This document shows, piece by piece, positions 1-9,396 of a DNA stretch of 64,000 nt (position 1 is the stretch's first letter; every line of letters starts with the position of its first letter). Location of the stretch: the IMG/VR virus record IMGVR_UViG_2609460332_000008; one strand, written 5' to 3'. A program made the position numbers and the translations under genes. The stretch comes from a virus. Lineage: Duplodnaviria; Heunggongvirae; Uroviricota; Caudoviricetes. Below the pieces are notes generated by a model that did no database searches, was not told the DNA's origin, and saw only the letters and a list, made by a program, of their open reading frames with translations.

Positions 1-206
1 TTTATGCTCTTAACCAGGCAGAAGGAGTCGAGTTTGGGACTGTAACGGAAAAAGACGGTGTCTATAGCGCGACAGTAACTTCAAAACGAGCTGGTAAGAT
101 TACTATCGGTGTTAAATCTGATAGTCATGATTTCTCAGGTGTTAAGAAAGAAATCACCTTTATTGAGGACCGGCAGCAGGTTACATTCTCTCAGTTTGAA
201 GCCAGC
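1..206 (+). pseudogene. Host Ig-like-repeat adhesin gene (invasin/intimin-like), upstream segment, interrupted by the Mu-like prophage; gene start lies outside the window
   Basis: Open frame runs to position 206 and resumes in the same frame at 33777 once the prophage and one TSD copy are removed; the TGA at 207-209 is created by the Mu end. Confidence 0.75.
202..206. repeat. 5-bp target-site duplication CCAGC, copy at the Mu right end
   Basis: CCAGC immediately outside the Mu-type terminus TGAAGCGGCGCACGAAAAACGCGAAA; identical pentamer at 33777..33781. Confidence 0.85.
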
Positions 207-320
207 TGAAGCGGCGCACGAAAAACGCGAAAACGTTTCACGATAAATGCGAAAAATTTAATTTTCGCGCTTCAAACGAAACAGCGGCATTAACCGCTGT
301 TTTTTTATTCATTAAGTGGG
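207..320. promoter_or_regulatory. Mu right end (attR) with R1-type transposase-binding sequence
   Basis: Begins TGAAGCGGCGCACGAAAAACGCGAAAACGTTTCACGATAAATGCGAAAA, matching the Mu R1 sequence as I recall it. Confidence 0.8.
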
Positions 321-321
321 A

Positions 322-1059
322 TCACTTCGGGTAGGGCTGAATCCTGAATAGCTTAGTGTTTAGGCGCTTTTTTGCGCGCTTGTTCAGGAATCTGATGTAG
401 CGATACTGATTAAATTTGTGTACCACGGCCCGCTCCTTATTAGCCCGCAAATACTCGCCTCGTTGTCCTCCACGCTTAATCGCGTTCATCGTTATCTCGT
501 GATACCACTCGCCGTCCAGCTCGTAGAACGTGCTTTCATGGCTACCAATAAAATCAAAATTCGACGCCTGATACACAACGCCTGCGCGTCCGCAGCGTTC
601 GTCTGCAAAGGACTGAACCCACTCCACTGACGGATACAATAACCTGATGGTTTTTAGCGCATAGCTGATGGCCCGTGATTCAGAGTTGCGGGGCATGTCG
701 TCGTGTAGCCACATGCGGTTCAGTTCCATATAGCCCCGGTTATCCGTTTCCAGCACAACACGACGCCCTGAGTTGGGGTTAAGGGCATATCCCCACTGAA
801 GAACGCCAACCAGATCACGTCCGCTGAATACGCCAAGATGCAGGTAGGAGTTATTCACAAAACGGCGGGAATAGTGTTTTGTCTGAATGATTGTGCGGGC
901 CAGCCAGCAGGATATGGTTTCAACGCGCAGCTCCTTTGAACCATAGCCGACAATCCGGCCTTCATACTCAATAACGCAGGGTTTTGTCAGAATGCGTGAT
1001 TTCTTCTCTTTTCCCACAATACAGCTCCGTGGGATGCTCTTTGGCATTCGATATGACAA
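322..1059 (-). CDS. mom: Mom-like DNA modification protein; true start may be an internal GTG near 1017, giving 231 aa
   Basis: Last gene before the Mu right end, overlapping com upstream as in Mu; start position inferred. Confidence 0.7.
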   Translation of the reverse strand: MSYRMPKSIPRSCIVGKEKKSRILTKPCVIEYEGRIVGYGSKELRVETISCWLARTIIQTKHYSRRFVNNSYLHLGVFSGRDLVGVLQWGYALNPNSGRRVVLETDNRGYMELNRMWLHDDMPRNSESRAISYALKTIRLLYPSVEWVQSFADERCGRAGVVYQASNFDFIGSHESTFYELDGEWYHEITMNAIKRGGQRGEYLRANKERAVVHKFNQYRYIRFLNKRAKKRLNTKLFRIQPYPK

Positions 1060-1153
1060 TGTAACGTTTACAGCGAGGGCATTTAATTTCTATATGCTTA
1101 AAACCTCCTTTAAACAGTAATTTATTGCAGTTTTTACAGCGAACAGAGTCCAT
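968..1153 (-). CDS. com: Com, zinc-finger translational activator of mom
   Basis: Translation [33 protein letters not shown]... closely matches Mu Com including the CxxC...CxxC motif; AGGGGG Shine-Dalgarno before the ATG at 1153. Confidence 0.85.
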   Translation of the reverse strand: MDSVRCKNCNKLLFKGGFKHIEIKCPRCKRYIVISNAKEHPTELYCGKREEITHSDKTLRY

Positions 1154-1226
1154 GATTCCCCCTGTGTAATAACCAGACATGACCGCCCGGAGGGCTGGGG
1201 GTATTTAATCACAACTGATGCAAACC

Positions 1227-1254
1227 GACGATCGATATGATGCTATCGATCGTC
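1227..1254. promoter_or_regulatory. Palindrome with two GATC sites upstream of com-mom; candidate Dam/OxyR-type control region
   Basis: GACGATCGATA-tgatgc-TATCGATCGTC, 11-bp perfect arms each carrying a GATC, about 75-100 bp upstream of the com start. Confidence 0.5.
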
Positions 1255-1317
1255 ATAAACTATACAAAATGATTATTTATAAGTACGCTCCACATCCACT
1301 TTTCATGCTGAATTGCT

Positions 1318-3135
1318 TCAGTACCGGATCATACCAACATCCATTTCAGGTGAATCCACTAACCAGAAATTTTCTGGTTTTAGCGTCAGGATTATCCAGG
1401 CTGTGTTTGTTGTTGATGGCCACGGAGGTAGCACATCATAGGTTGGATCATCACATGAATCTCTGTAACCAAACTTATTAAAAAGCGGGGCCATTGCAGC
1501 AATGAGATTCACTGCATTCAGCTCGTTACCCAGTTTGCGCTCAAACAGTGCCACGCCCGCCGTTCCTTCCACCCACACGCCGCGACTGTGACCACTGTAA
1601 CCGTAGTCAGGGTGATACGGTGTATAGCCTGTTGTTTCCCGCGTGCCAAATAAAAAACGCCCCATGTACTTACGACATCTTGCCGCTTTCCCGGTATCTA
1701 TATTGGCTATAAACAATCCACCCCAGGAAGACTGATCCAGTGCTGCCGCATTGTCATAGTGTGCCGGATGCACACCCTGACGGAATCGTCCCTCTTCTTC
1801 CACCCACATCCCCCTGATGATGCTTTGCGCCAGTTTTTCTGCACGTTTGGTGAAACCATCAAATCCGAGTCGCCCCATCAGTTCAAACAAAAACCAGATA
1901 TCAACGTTATGTTCCAGCGCGCACCATTCAGCAACAAAACTGGCGTCAAATTCGCCATTTACATAACGACCAAGACCACCTTTATATAAACCTTCTCTCA
2001 GGTCACCTTCTGTTGTCACAAGGAAAGAATCAAGCCAGACAATGCCGGATAACAACTTTTCCCGAACAATATTTACCTGCGCTCCGTCCGGATATTTCTC
2101 CAGATAAAAGGCCAAAGCATAATAAACCCATGCCGCATTCCCCAGGCGGTAATAGGTACGCGGTGACATGGCCGACAGCCTGTTAACAAAAAACTTTACT
2201 CCACCGTTTTCATCAACAAGCGCACACAAGCCCGCAACGTATCTTTCTACAGCCTCATGTCGCTGAACCATCAACGCCAGTGCTGCCAGCGCCTGGTCAT
2301 ACGTGTAACACCGATCTTTCATCACCCTGATCACTTCGGGGTCTGCGTCCTCCGGCATCCAGTAGCTACGAATGAGCAGTGGAAACTCCAGCGTTGTGAT
2401 CCACGCATTATCCTCAATCCGAATAAGACGAAACTGTTTTGCTCCCGTCCAGCAACGTCTGAAATAGAAAGTTCCGTCACTATTCAAATTAGCGTCGCCG
2501 TTAAAATACTCTCCGGTTGTATAAGCATACATTTCGACTTTATACTTTTCTGGTTCAGAAATATCGCAATATCCGTTAACTGCACCGACATAATTAAAAT
2601 CGATATTTTCTTTTATTTTTAAAGATATTGATGTATCAACAACCTCGGGTTGTTCCAGTTTCAGCATGGCTGTCGTACAACGGCTGAGTATGTCAGTAAA
2701 ATTTTCGTAACGCAGACCGGATATATTCCCGGCTATGTTTTGAATAGCTTCCAGAATCTTTACTGCTTGTTGGGATGATGATGCCGCCGTATCTGCATTT
2801 TCCTGCACCTTGTCTGCCAGTTCTTCGAATCTGCGCAAAGATTCTGGTCGTAAGTCAATTTCAGTTGCTCCCAGAAAATCATTAAGTGAACCATCGCGCG
2901 AATCCATATAGACCCGAATGACCCCGATTTCTGCAAGGCGCTGTGAACTGTGTGTCAGACGAACACTATATACTCCGGGCAGCACGGGGAAATCATATTC
3001 ACCGCTCAGAGTGGTTACGTGACTGTAAACACCTCTCAGGATCCCGGGTTGATTGTGTAGTGAGGTCAGGGTTATTGTTGCTCCGCTCAGCGGTTCTCCC
3101 ACAGGGGATGTAATTATACCTTTAAGCTGCGGCAT
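1318..3135 (-). CDS. Receptor-binding protein: Stf-like N-terminal tail-attachment domain fused to a large glycosidase-like (putative depolymerase) C-terminal domain
   Basis: N-terminal ~100 aa align with the lambda-type Stf at 61398 in this window (shared ...VY.DS..G.LNDFLGA...); the C-terminal ~450 aa are rich in Trp/Tyr/Asp, compatible with an alpha/alpha-toroid hydrolase (fold call inferred). Confidence 0.6.
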   Translation of the reverse strand: MPQLKGIITSPVGEPLSGATITLTSLHNQPGILRGVYSHVTTLSGEYDFPVLPGVYSVRLTHSSQRLAEIGVIRVYMDSRDGSLNDFLGATEIDLRPESLRRFEELADKVQENADTAASSSQQAVKILEAIQNIAGNISGLRYENFTDILSRCTTAMLKLEQPEVVDTSISLKIKENIDFNYVGAVNGYCDISEPEKYKVEMYAYTTGEYFNGDANLNSDGTFYFRRCWTGAKQFRLIRIEDNAWITTLEFPLLIRSYWMPEDADPEVIRVMKDRCYTYDQALAALALMVQRHEAVERYVAGLCALVDENGGVKFFVNRLSAMSPRTYYRLGNAAWVYYALAFYLEKYPDGAQVNIVREKLLSGIVWLDSFLVTTEGDLREGLYKGGLGRYVNGEFDASFVAEWCALEHNVDIWFLFELMGRLGFDGFTKRAEKLAQSIIRGMWVEEEGRFRQGVHPAHYDNAAALDQSSWGGLFIANIDTGKAARCRKYMGRFLFGTRETTGYTPYHPDYGYSGHSRGVWVEGTAGVALFERKLGNELNAVNLIAAMAPLFNKFGYRDSCDDPTYDVLPPWPSTTNTAWIILTLKPENFWLVDSPEMDVGMIRY

Positions 3136-3670
3136 CAGGATGCTCCGGCCAGTTGATGGCGTTATATGTGGCTTTATCTGTGATGGCGCTGAAATCCATT
3201 GCCCGCAGCGATTTCGCGTAAATGCGGTACGATTTCAGCTTCTCCCTCTCTTCGTCGCTGATTAATCCAAGCAGCAGGTCTTTTTCCCATTCACTGGTCA
3301 CGATGCTGACCTGTTTTAACAGTGCATCACGCTCATCTTCCGCTTTAAGTTTGTAGTCAAAAACAAATTCATCATTGCGGTAGAACCAGTAACCCGACGC
3401 ATCAATGCGACGATTGGCGGTAATATCCGGTAGCTCAATCACGCTTTTATTTTCCGGGCAGATTGAGGTGATGTCTTTTCCAACCCAGACCACTTCGCCA
3501 GTTTCAACATAAATAACTTTCAGAGTGTCTGGCTGAAATTTTTCCTGGGCTTCGTGCCATTCCTGACCATCATCGGAGAACAGCCACAATAAAAATTTAT
3601 GCTGTCGCGCCAGCTGGTATTGCTCAATTGTTTTAGGGTTTTGTGCCGTAAGATTTTTTAAGTGCATCAT
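3122..3670 (-). CDS. Tail fibre assembly protein (Tfa/Mu U family)
   Basis: MMHLKNLTAQNPKTIEQYQL... N-terminus typical of Tfa chaperones; immediately downstream of the tail fibre gene. Confidence 0.75.
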   Translation of the reverse strand: MMHLKNLTAQNPKTIEQYQLARQHKFLLWLFSDDGQEWHEAQEKFQPDTLKVIYVETGEVVWVGKDITSICPENKSVIELPDITANRRIDASGYWFYRNDEFVFDYKLKAEDERDALLKQVSIVTSEWEKDLLLGLISDEEREKLKSYRIYAKSLRAMDFSAITDKATYNAINWPEHPDAAA

Positions 3671-3672
3671 GA

Positions 3673-4434
3673 TTACAAACTCGCTACATTTCGCCAGACG
3701 CCATTAATCAGAACCTGCACCGGGCGTGCATTGGCCCAGTCCACACTTTCACCGCCATCAACACCACTCAGTAAATGACCTGATGGCGCATCTCCCCCAC
3801 GTCCAATACCAATGGCGCTGCCCAGACGTATATCCTGCACACCTGTAGCTGTGATGGTGATATCGCTGGTGCCATCAAACAGCACATTATTAATCCTGCG
3901 GGCCGTCTGAAGCCGGGTTGCCGTTCCGGCGTTGCCGCTGATGTTGCTGATGGTGATATCCGAAGACAGGGCCATGCCGTTGACCTTGCGGGTATTCGGT
4001 ACAGCACTGTTGGCTTTATTTACCGTGTCACGTAATGAAAGTACTTCGATAATTTCACCGGCTGTGTTTTTCCCGAGAATACCGCGCACAAAAGCACTGA
4101 GCGGTGTTAATGCCATTGTGTCTTCGCCGGTAAAATACGGGAACGTATTATTCTCACCGGTTAATCCGGCAATGGCACCGGCTGAACCACTGTTCGTAAT
4201 AAACAGTTTTTTCAGTGCCGTCATAATCTGGTCGGTGGTGTTTTTATCCGGTTTGATATTTGCCTGCCGGAGAATTTCCAGCAGTTCAGACTGAATAATA
4301 TTAAACCAGTCCGGCCCCGGATAAGTGGGCGGAATACCGTTCCCGCCTTCGGTGAAATAAAGCGTTGTTTTGCTTAATTCAGCCGCGACAGGTGGCATTA
4401 CCGGTACACCCGTCGGATTATCCACATGAAACAT
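3673..4434 (-). CDS. Tail fibre protein with P2 H-like C-terminal domain
   Basis: ...NTFPYFTGEDTMALTPLSAFVRGILGKN... and C-terminal ...LINGVWRNVASL resemble the P2 H / Mu S conserved regions. Confidence 0.75.
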   Translation of the reverse strand: MFHVDNPTGVPVMPPVAAELSKTTLYFTEGGNGIPPTYPGPDWFNIIQSELLEILRQANIKPDKNTTDQIMTALKKLFITNSGSAGAIAGLTGENNTFPYFTGEDTMALTPLSAFVRGILGKNTAGEIIEVLSLRDTVNKANSAVPNTRKVNGMALSSDITISNISGNAGTATRLQTARRINNVLFDGTSDITITATGVQDIRLGSAIGIGRGGDAPSGHLLSGVDGGESVDWANARPVQVLINGVWRNVASL

Positions 4435-4437
4435 AAA

Positions 4438-5022
4438 TTATTCTCCGGTGTAATAATATTCATATTCCGTGCCCGCCAGCCGGTAATGCTTCAGCAGGCA
4501 TTCCAGCTCGCGGGTGCGTTCGCTGATTAATGGCGTCATAACGTCATCAATACAGGTAAACCGTCCGGCATCTTTGTCCGGGACTTCAACTTTCAGCAGC
4601 CAGCGATACCGGGCCGGATGCAGCGGATACATACAGTCGCGCAGACAGTGGTGCGGCAGAACAGCCGTCACCTTTATGGTGAAGCCCAGCGCCGCCGCAG
4701 CGGCTTCAATCTGCCAGGTTGCCAGCCCGCCTTTGCGGCGGTATTTCTCCACCACGGCCCGGCGGCGGGCTTCCGTTGTGGTGGCGGCAATTCCGCATTC
4801 CGGCAGCGCCAGATATTGCTCCCACTCCGGCAGCAGCTGGAGCGTGGTTTCCGGGCGCATCTCCACATGCAGGCGCGAGGCGTCGTATTCAACGCGGGTT
4901 AAACGCTCTGCAAGCGCCCTTAAAAAACGGTTTAAATCCGCGTCGTTATCACGCGGCCATGCCTTACCCCGAGGCATGACCTGTTGCAGTGCGGTCAGCC
5001 ATTCCGTGACGCTGTGAGCCAT
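4438..5022 (-). CDS. Mu gp48-like baseplate/tail protein
   Basis: Position and size in the Mu-like baseplate cluster. Confidence 0.65.
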   Translation of the reverse strand: MAHSVTEWLTALQQVMPRGKAWPRDNDADLNRFLRALAERLTRVEYDASRLHVEMRPETTLQLLPEWEQYLALPECGIAATTTEARRRAVVEKYRRKGGLATWQIEAAAAALGFTIKVTAVLPHHCLRDCMYPLHPARYRWLLKVEVPDKDAGRFTCIDDVMTPLISERTRELECLLKHYRLAGTEYEYYYTGE

Positions 5023-6083
5023 GTAACCTCCCCGATGGTGATAAGTTCATCCACGTCACAGGTGGTGTCCTCCCCGATGTTGAGGAAGTAGTCTGTGATG
5101 CCGGACGTCATACCGATGGCCGTGCGCAGCGAGGACACCGGCAGCATCTGACCGGGGGTCAGCGTTTTCTGTAATGCGGTCAGGTTTGCCCGGACGGCGT
5201 TCCTGTTCACCTGGCTGTCCGGTGTCAGACGGATGGATAAATGAACTTTAATCAGTCTGACCTGTACCGGCCAGACCTCGATGCCGCCCGGTTTGCCCAC
5301 CATCACGCCGGTGGCCGGGTGTTTGTGGCAGAACAGATACTGCTCCATTGTCTTCAGGTCTTCGCGGGTCGGCACGATGTCTTCCCGGTCATCATAAAGC
5401 CATGCCAGCCCGACTGTGCCGGGGCCGTGCCACGCATCCCACGCCCACGCGCGGCTGACGCCCGGCACTTCACGCGCCCAGATGACGTAATCATGCAGTG
5501 CACCGCCCACCGGGGGATTGCGGCGCACATACAGCAGACGGTCCAGCAGCTCTGCGATGGATTCAATATCTGCGCCGCCGGTAATACCGCTATTCACCAC
5601 TGCACCGGTGCTGCCTGTTCCGGGCAACGGGGACAACAGGGTGAGCACGGCACCGGCAGCAAGATTGCCCGCCACACCGGCTTCTTCAGCCTGCACAATG
5701 ACGGTGACCTCGCCGTCATGTACCTCGCCGGATGTGAGCACCTGATACACCTGATTCGTGTCGGACTGCATCCGGGTTTCTGCCGGAATGGGGGACTGAC
5801 TGGTGAAGGTCACCGGCCCGCTGGCAAAGGTTGCCTGCTTGCGGATAACCCCTTCATACGTTGCTGTTTTGATAATGGTTTCATCATCAGATGCGGTGGA
5901 CGGGATTATCTGGTCCTTAATCCAGCTCTGATGGTCGTATAAATCCCGGACCTGACTGCTGAATGACACGTTCAGCGCCTGCTCAACACTGACAGGCGGC
6001 AGCTTTTGCAGACCGAGTTCATACGCAATATCTTTTTTGCCGTCGGCAATCAGTTTGCCCAGCGTGGGGATTTCATATGGCAT
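4995..6083 (-). CDS. Baseplate J-like protein (Mu gp47)
   Basis: 362 aa, position in the baseplate cluster. Confidence 0.7.
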   Translation of the reverse strand: MPYEIPTLGKLIADGKKDIAYELGLQKLPPVSVEQALNVSFSSQVRDLYDHQSWIKDQIIPSTASDDETIIKTATYEGVIRKQATFASGPVTFTSQSPIPAETRMQSDTNQVYQVLTSGEVHDGEVTVIVQAEEAGVAGNLAAGAVLTLLSPLPGTGSTGAVVNSGITGGADIESIAELLDRLLYVRRNPPVGGALHDYVIWAREVPGVSRAWAWDAWHGPGTVGLAWLYDDREDIVPTREDLKTMEQYLFCHKHPATGVMVGKPGGIEVWPVQVRLIKVHLSIRLTPDSQVNRNAVRANLTALQKTLTPGQMLPVSSLRTAIGMTSGITDYFLNIGEDTTCDVDELITIGEVTWLTASRNG

Positions 6084-6525
6084 TAATGGTGGCCTCCCAT
6101 CGGCGGGTGATTTCGATTGTGAGCGTGGTTTTGTCCGGGCGGGTTAACACCACCTGAAAGGCAATACGGTCAGGGACAATGATTCTGGCCGTGACGGCGG
6201 CATTACGGGCGTAACCGGCCCGCAGCAGCGGTTGCATGGACAGCCGCGCGTAATCTTCCACGCGCAGGCGGACATCTTCCGTCAGCTTTTCACGCTCAAG
6301 CAGCCACAGGCGGGAACCCCACGAAAAATCGCTGTACGTGTCGCCCGGCCAGCCGCGCGGGTCGCCGGAGCCGTCAGGAATGACATCATCGTCATCAGCA
6401 CGGGCATCGGTGAAAAGGCAGATAAGAACCTGAGTGACCAGCCCCTCATCCAGCGAGAGGCCGTTATGGGTGACGGTGATGTCACCCCGTGAGAGCATGT
6501 TATTCCAGTGGATTCCTGTCGTCAT
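6073..6525 (-). CDS. Mu gp46-like baseplate protein
   Basis: Synteny between gp45 and gp47 homologues. Confidence 0.65.
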   Translation of the reverse strand: MTTGIHWNNMLSRGDITVTHNGLSLDEGLVTQVLICLFTDARADDDDVIPDGSGDPRGWPGDTYSDFSWGSRLWLLEREKLTEDVRLRVEDYARLSMQPLLRAGYARNAAVTARIIVPDRIAFQVVLTRPDKTTLTIEITRRWEATINAI

Positions 6526-7058
6526 ACGGGCGGTGATGTATTCTCATTGTCGCCGTCCTTATGAATGTGTTCGATGAATGATTTACCGTTGATTCTGACA
6601 TCTTCAGTAAATTCACAGGGACCGACGAATTTCATTTGTTTACCGATAATATTCAGCAATTCGTCGGCGGTGAGATTTACCGTTTTCCCTGAAACGTTTA
6701 ATTGTTCTCCTGTGATTTCAATGACGCCGTTTTCCTTCAGGGTGATGTGTGATTTGCCGTCCCGGTGATAAAGCCGGACATCGCCGGGGGACAGTCCTTT
6801 CGGGCGACATCGCTTGTCCTCCACCGCAATGGCAACCAGCCCGTCACGCCGCCCGCCAACGGCCAGTACAATGGCTTCAGAACCTTCCGGCGGAACGGAA
6901 GTAAACCCGTAGTTCTGGAAGCGTTCCACGTCGTCATCGGTGGCATCTGCCAGCGTCTGAATCTGAAGGTTCTGCCGCTCCAGACTGTCAGACACCATGC
7001 GGACAATGGCACGGTCAACCATCAGCCGCAGACGGCGAGCAATGGCGTTTAATCCCAT
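6522..7058 (-). CDS. Baseplate assembly protein V-like (Mu gp45)
   Basis: Size and synteny. Confidence 0.65.
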   Translation of the reverse strand: MGLNAIARRLRLMVDRAIVRMVSDSLERQNLQIQTLADATDDDVERFQNYGFTSVPPEGSEAIVLAVGGRRDGLVAIAVEDKRCRPKGLSPGDVRLYHRDGKSHITLKENGVIEITGEQLNVSGKTVNLTADELLNIIGKQMKFVGPCEFTEDVRINGKSFIEHIHKDGDNENTSPPV

Positions 7059-8122
7059 GTTGCCACCGCCTTTGCTGATTTCTTCGTCTTCGCTTTCATT
7101 TCCGGCATATCCAGTGATTCAGGCGGAACCAGCGCCAGAACCGTCATCCTCCCCTGTGCGCCATCCGTCCAGGTCACCCCGGATATCAGCCAGGTGGTTT
7201 TCAGGTTCTGAATGCTGTCGTCGATATCGACAAGGCGGTTGGTCTGCCACAGCGGGCCGCTGTCGCCCTGTTCGCGCCAGCCTGCCACCGTGATTTCCGT
7301 CGTGCGGGATTCCCCCAGCATCCGGGCTTTGTACCATTCTCCGCGAATGCTGGCACCGCCCACGGTCAGACTGTCTTCATTGACCAGAATGCGCGGGCGG
7401 TAACGGTTAATTTCCAGGTCTTCGGTGATGTACTGGCGACCGCCCACCATCGAGGCAGGCTGGCTGTCCCACAGTTTGCCACCGGCACTGGTGGTGCCCT
7501 TGATGATGTACTGGCTGTTACGCTCCCGCCAGCTGAAGCGCCCACGGGCGGCGAGGATATTTTTTCCCAGCACCAGTGACACACCCGCGCGAACGGAAGA
7601 GGCGCGGGTGATAATCAGGTTACCTGCGCCGTCAGACGTCAGCAGAACGCCGCGCTGTTTTGCCAGCCGGTCGAGCAGTTCAAAACCCGTTTCACCCTGT
7701 TCCAGAACGACAGACGCAAACGCCTCCCCGGTCGGGGTTTCCGTAATGACGGTTATCCCGAACGGGCAGCAGACATCAGCCGCCACCTGTTCAATCCGCA
7801 CGCCTTTCCATTTCCCGGACGAATGCACCACAGAGCAGTCAACCAGGTCACCGGTTTTGTCGCGTCCCATGACGCGAATCTCCACGTTATCTGCGTCATA
7901 GCTGGGGATAAAATCATCGATATACCCCGTCAGCACGGTATCCGCGCCCAGCCTGACCGTGCAGGGTTGCCCCTCACGAATCACGCGCGGTGCCGCCGCC
8001 GACCAGCGGGTTGTCACACTGAGATCAAACTCACCGGCAATCGCCTTCAGGGAACGGCTGATGGACATTTCCGTCCAGCCTTCCCACAGTTTGCCGTCAA
8101 CGGTAAGAATCACGGATTCCAT
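7049..8122 (-). CDS. Baseplate hub / late control D-like protein (Mu gp44)
   Basis: 357 aa, downstream of the DNA circularisation gene. Confidence 0.65.
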   Translation of the reverse strand: MESVILTVDGKLWEGWTEMSISRSLKAIAGEFDLSVTTRWSAAAPRVIREGQPCTVRLGADTVLTGYIDDFIPSYDADNVEIRVMGRDKTGDLVDCSVVHSSGKWKGVRIEQVAADVCCPFGITVITETPTGEAFASVVLEQGETGFELLDRLAKQRGVLLTSDGAGNLIITRASSVRAGVSLVLGKNILAARGRFSWRERNSQYIIKGTTSAGGKLWDSQPASMVGGRQYITEDLEINRYRPRILVNEDSLTVGGASIRGEWYKARMLGESRTTEITVAGWREQGDSGPLWQTNRLVDIDDSIQNLKTTWLISGVTWTDGAQGRMTVLALVPPESLDMPEMKAKTKKSAKAVATWD

Positions 8123-9396
8123 CAGTCGGTAATCTCCACAGGTTGCGTTGGCAGGATGAATGACGGATGGCGCAGGCGGTTACGCTGCACGATTTCATCC
8201 CGTCGGCTGGTGTCACCATGCTCGCGCCATGCCAGCAATGCGGCAGATGTGGTTGTGGTCAGCGTCACCTGCCGGGTTTCCGGCAGACGGGCGGCACGCT
8301 TGCGGGCATCCGTAATCACGGCCTGCCGTAAATCGCGCAGCGTTCGCCACAATGCCCGCTGGTTATTTTCCACCGCCGCCACCGCCTGCTCATGCAGTTC
8401 AGCCGCCAGCGTGTCACCGGCAGATAACGCCGCATCACTGGTATCGAACGTCATCGAGGCCACGGCATTTGCCTGTCCCAGCAGGGTTTCCAGCACAACC
8501 ACCTGGCGGAAGTCGTCAATGTTCTTCTGCAGGCTGTCAGATACCGGCTGATAATCCGGTGACAGCCCGATAGCAAAGCCAATTTCGCCGTCTGCCACGC
8601 TGCCGGGCTTCACGGTGATATCTTCCGGCAGTGCGCCGGTGGCAACCTGTCGGGCGCGTTCTCCGGCCCACTGGTTGCGTAATGTCGTGTAAACTGCCAG
8701 TGCTTCGGGTGGTTCCGTCACCAGATCAACCACGCCGTCGATGAACGAGGACAACTCACTGACCAGACGCCCCGGCGTGGCAATGATGGTTCCGGCCATC
8801 TCCTTAAAATGGTTCAGCCTGTCCATCCACTGATTCAGTGCCGTCGGTAACGTGGGCAGGTTGGCCACAAGGTTTTCCATATCGGCCAGAAAGCTGTCGG
8901 CCATCTCACCCAGCCCGTCAGGTGCACCGAACCAGTTGCCATCGTCAATGGCCGCTTTTACCGCATCAATGCCCGTCAGCACTTCCTGCTGCGTGTTATC
9001 CGCCGCAGACGGGAACAGACGCTCGCCTGCCTCAAACACTTCAAATGTGACATACGCAATGCCATCTTCCTCCGTGCTGAGGCGATGGGTGACCTTGCCA
9101 ACCTGTACGGTCTGTATCCCGAACCACGGGTGGATAAGCTCACCGGGACCGGGGGTATTAAGCGCGTCTAAAAGGGCGTTTAAATCATCCTGGAAGTTTT
9201 TACCTGGCAGCTTTGCGTTAATCTGCTGTTGCCCCGGAACGGCCCCGTTATCATCCGTCCAGGCAGTTTCGCGCCGGGGATACGCACGGGGAATGGCACG
9301 ACGGCCACCGGTGCCTTCCGTATCCACCAGAAAGAAAGGGACGCCACGAAACGAGGCGTCGCGCAGCCCGTCCCATTTGCCTTTGCTCGTTGTCAT
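8122..9396 (-). CDS. DNA circularisation protein (Mu N/gp43-like)
   Basis: 424 aa immediately after the tape measure gene. Confidence 0.65.
   Translation of the reverse strand: MTTSKGKWDGLRDASFRGVPFFLVDTEGTGGRRAIPRAYPRRETAWTDDNGAVPGQQQINAKLPGKNFQDDLNALLDALNTPGPGELIHPWFGIQTVQVGKVTHRLSTEEDGIAYVTFEVFEAGERLFPSAADNTQQEVLTGIDAVKAAIDDGNWFGAPDGLGEMADSFLADMENLVANLPTLPTALNQWMDRLNHFKEMAGTIIATPGRLVSELSSFIDGVVDLVTEPPEALAVYTTLRNQWAGERARQVATGALPEDITVKPGSVADGEIGFAIGLSPDYQPVSDSLQKNIDDFRQVVVLETLLGQANAVASMTFDTSDAALSAGDTLAAELHEQAVAAVENNQRALWRTLRDLRQAVITDARKRAARLPETRQVTLTTTTSAALLAWREHGDTSRRDEIVQRNRLRHPSFILPTQPVEITD

Noticed and set aside
1181-3135. Looked for a Gin-type DNA invertase and an invertible G segment between the tail fibre genes and com-mom
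   Set aside because: No serine-recombinase-like ORF and no inverted duplicate fibre genes are present; the interval is taken up by the single 605-aa fibre gene.
4514-5017. Long antisense ORFs in the six-frame track inside structural genes (for example 4514..5017, 5241..5942, 12789..13436, 19196..20230, 22324..23184, 43154..43921, 58949..60334)
   Set aside because: They lie entirely within, and antisense or out of frame to, well-supported phage genes, have no ribosome-binding sites and show the biased composition typical of shadow ORFs in GC-rich coding sequence.
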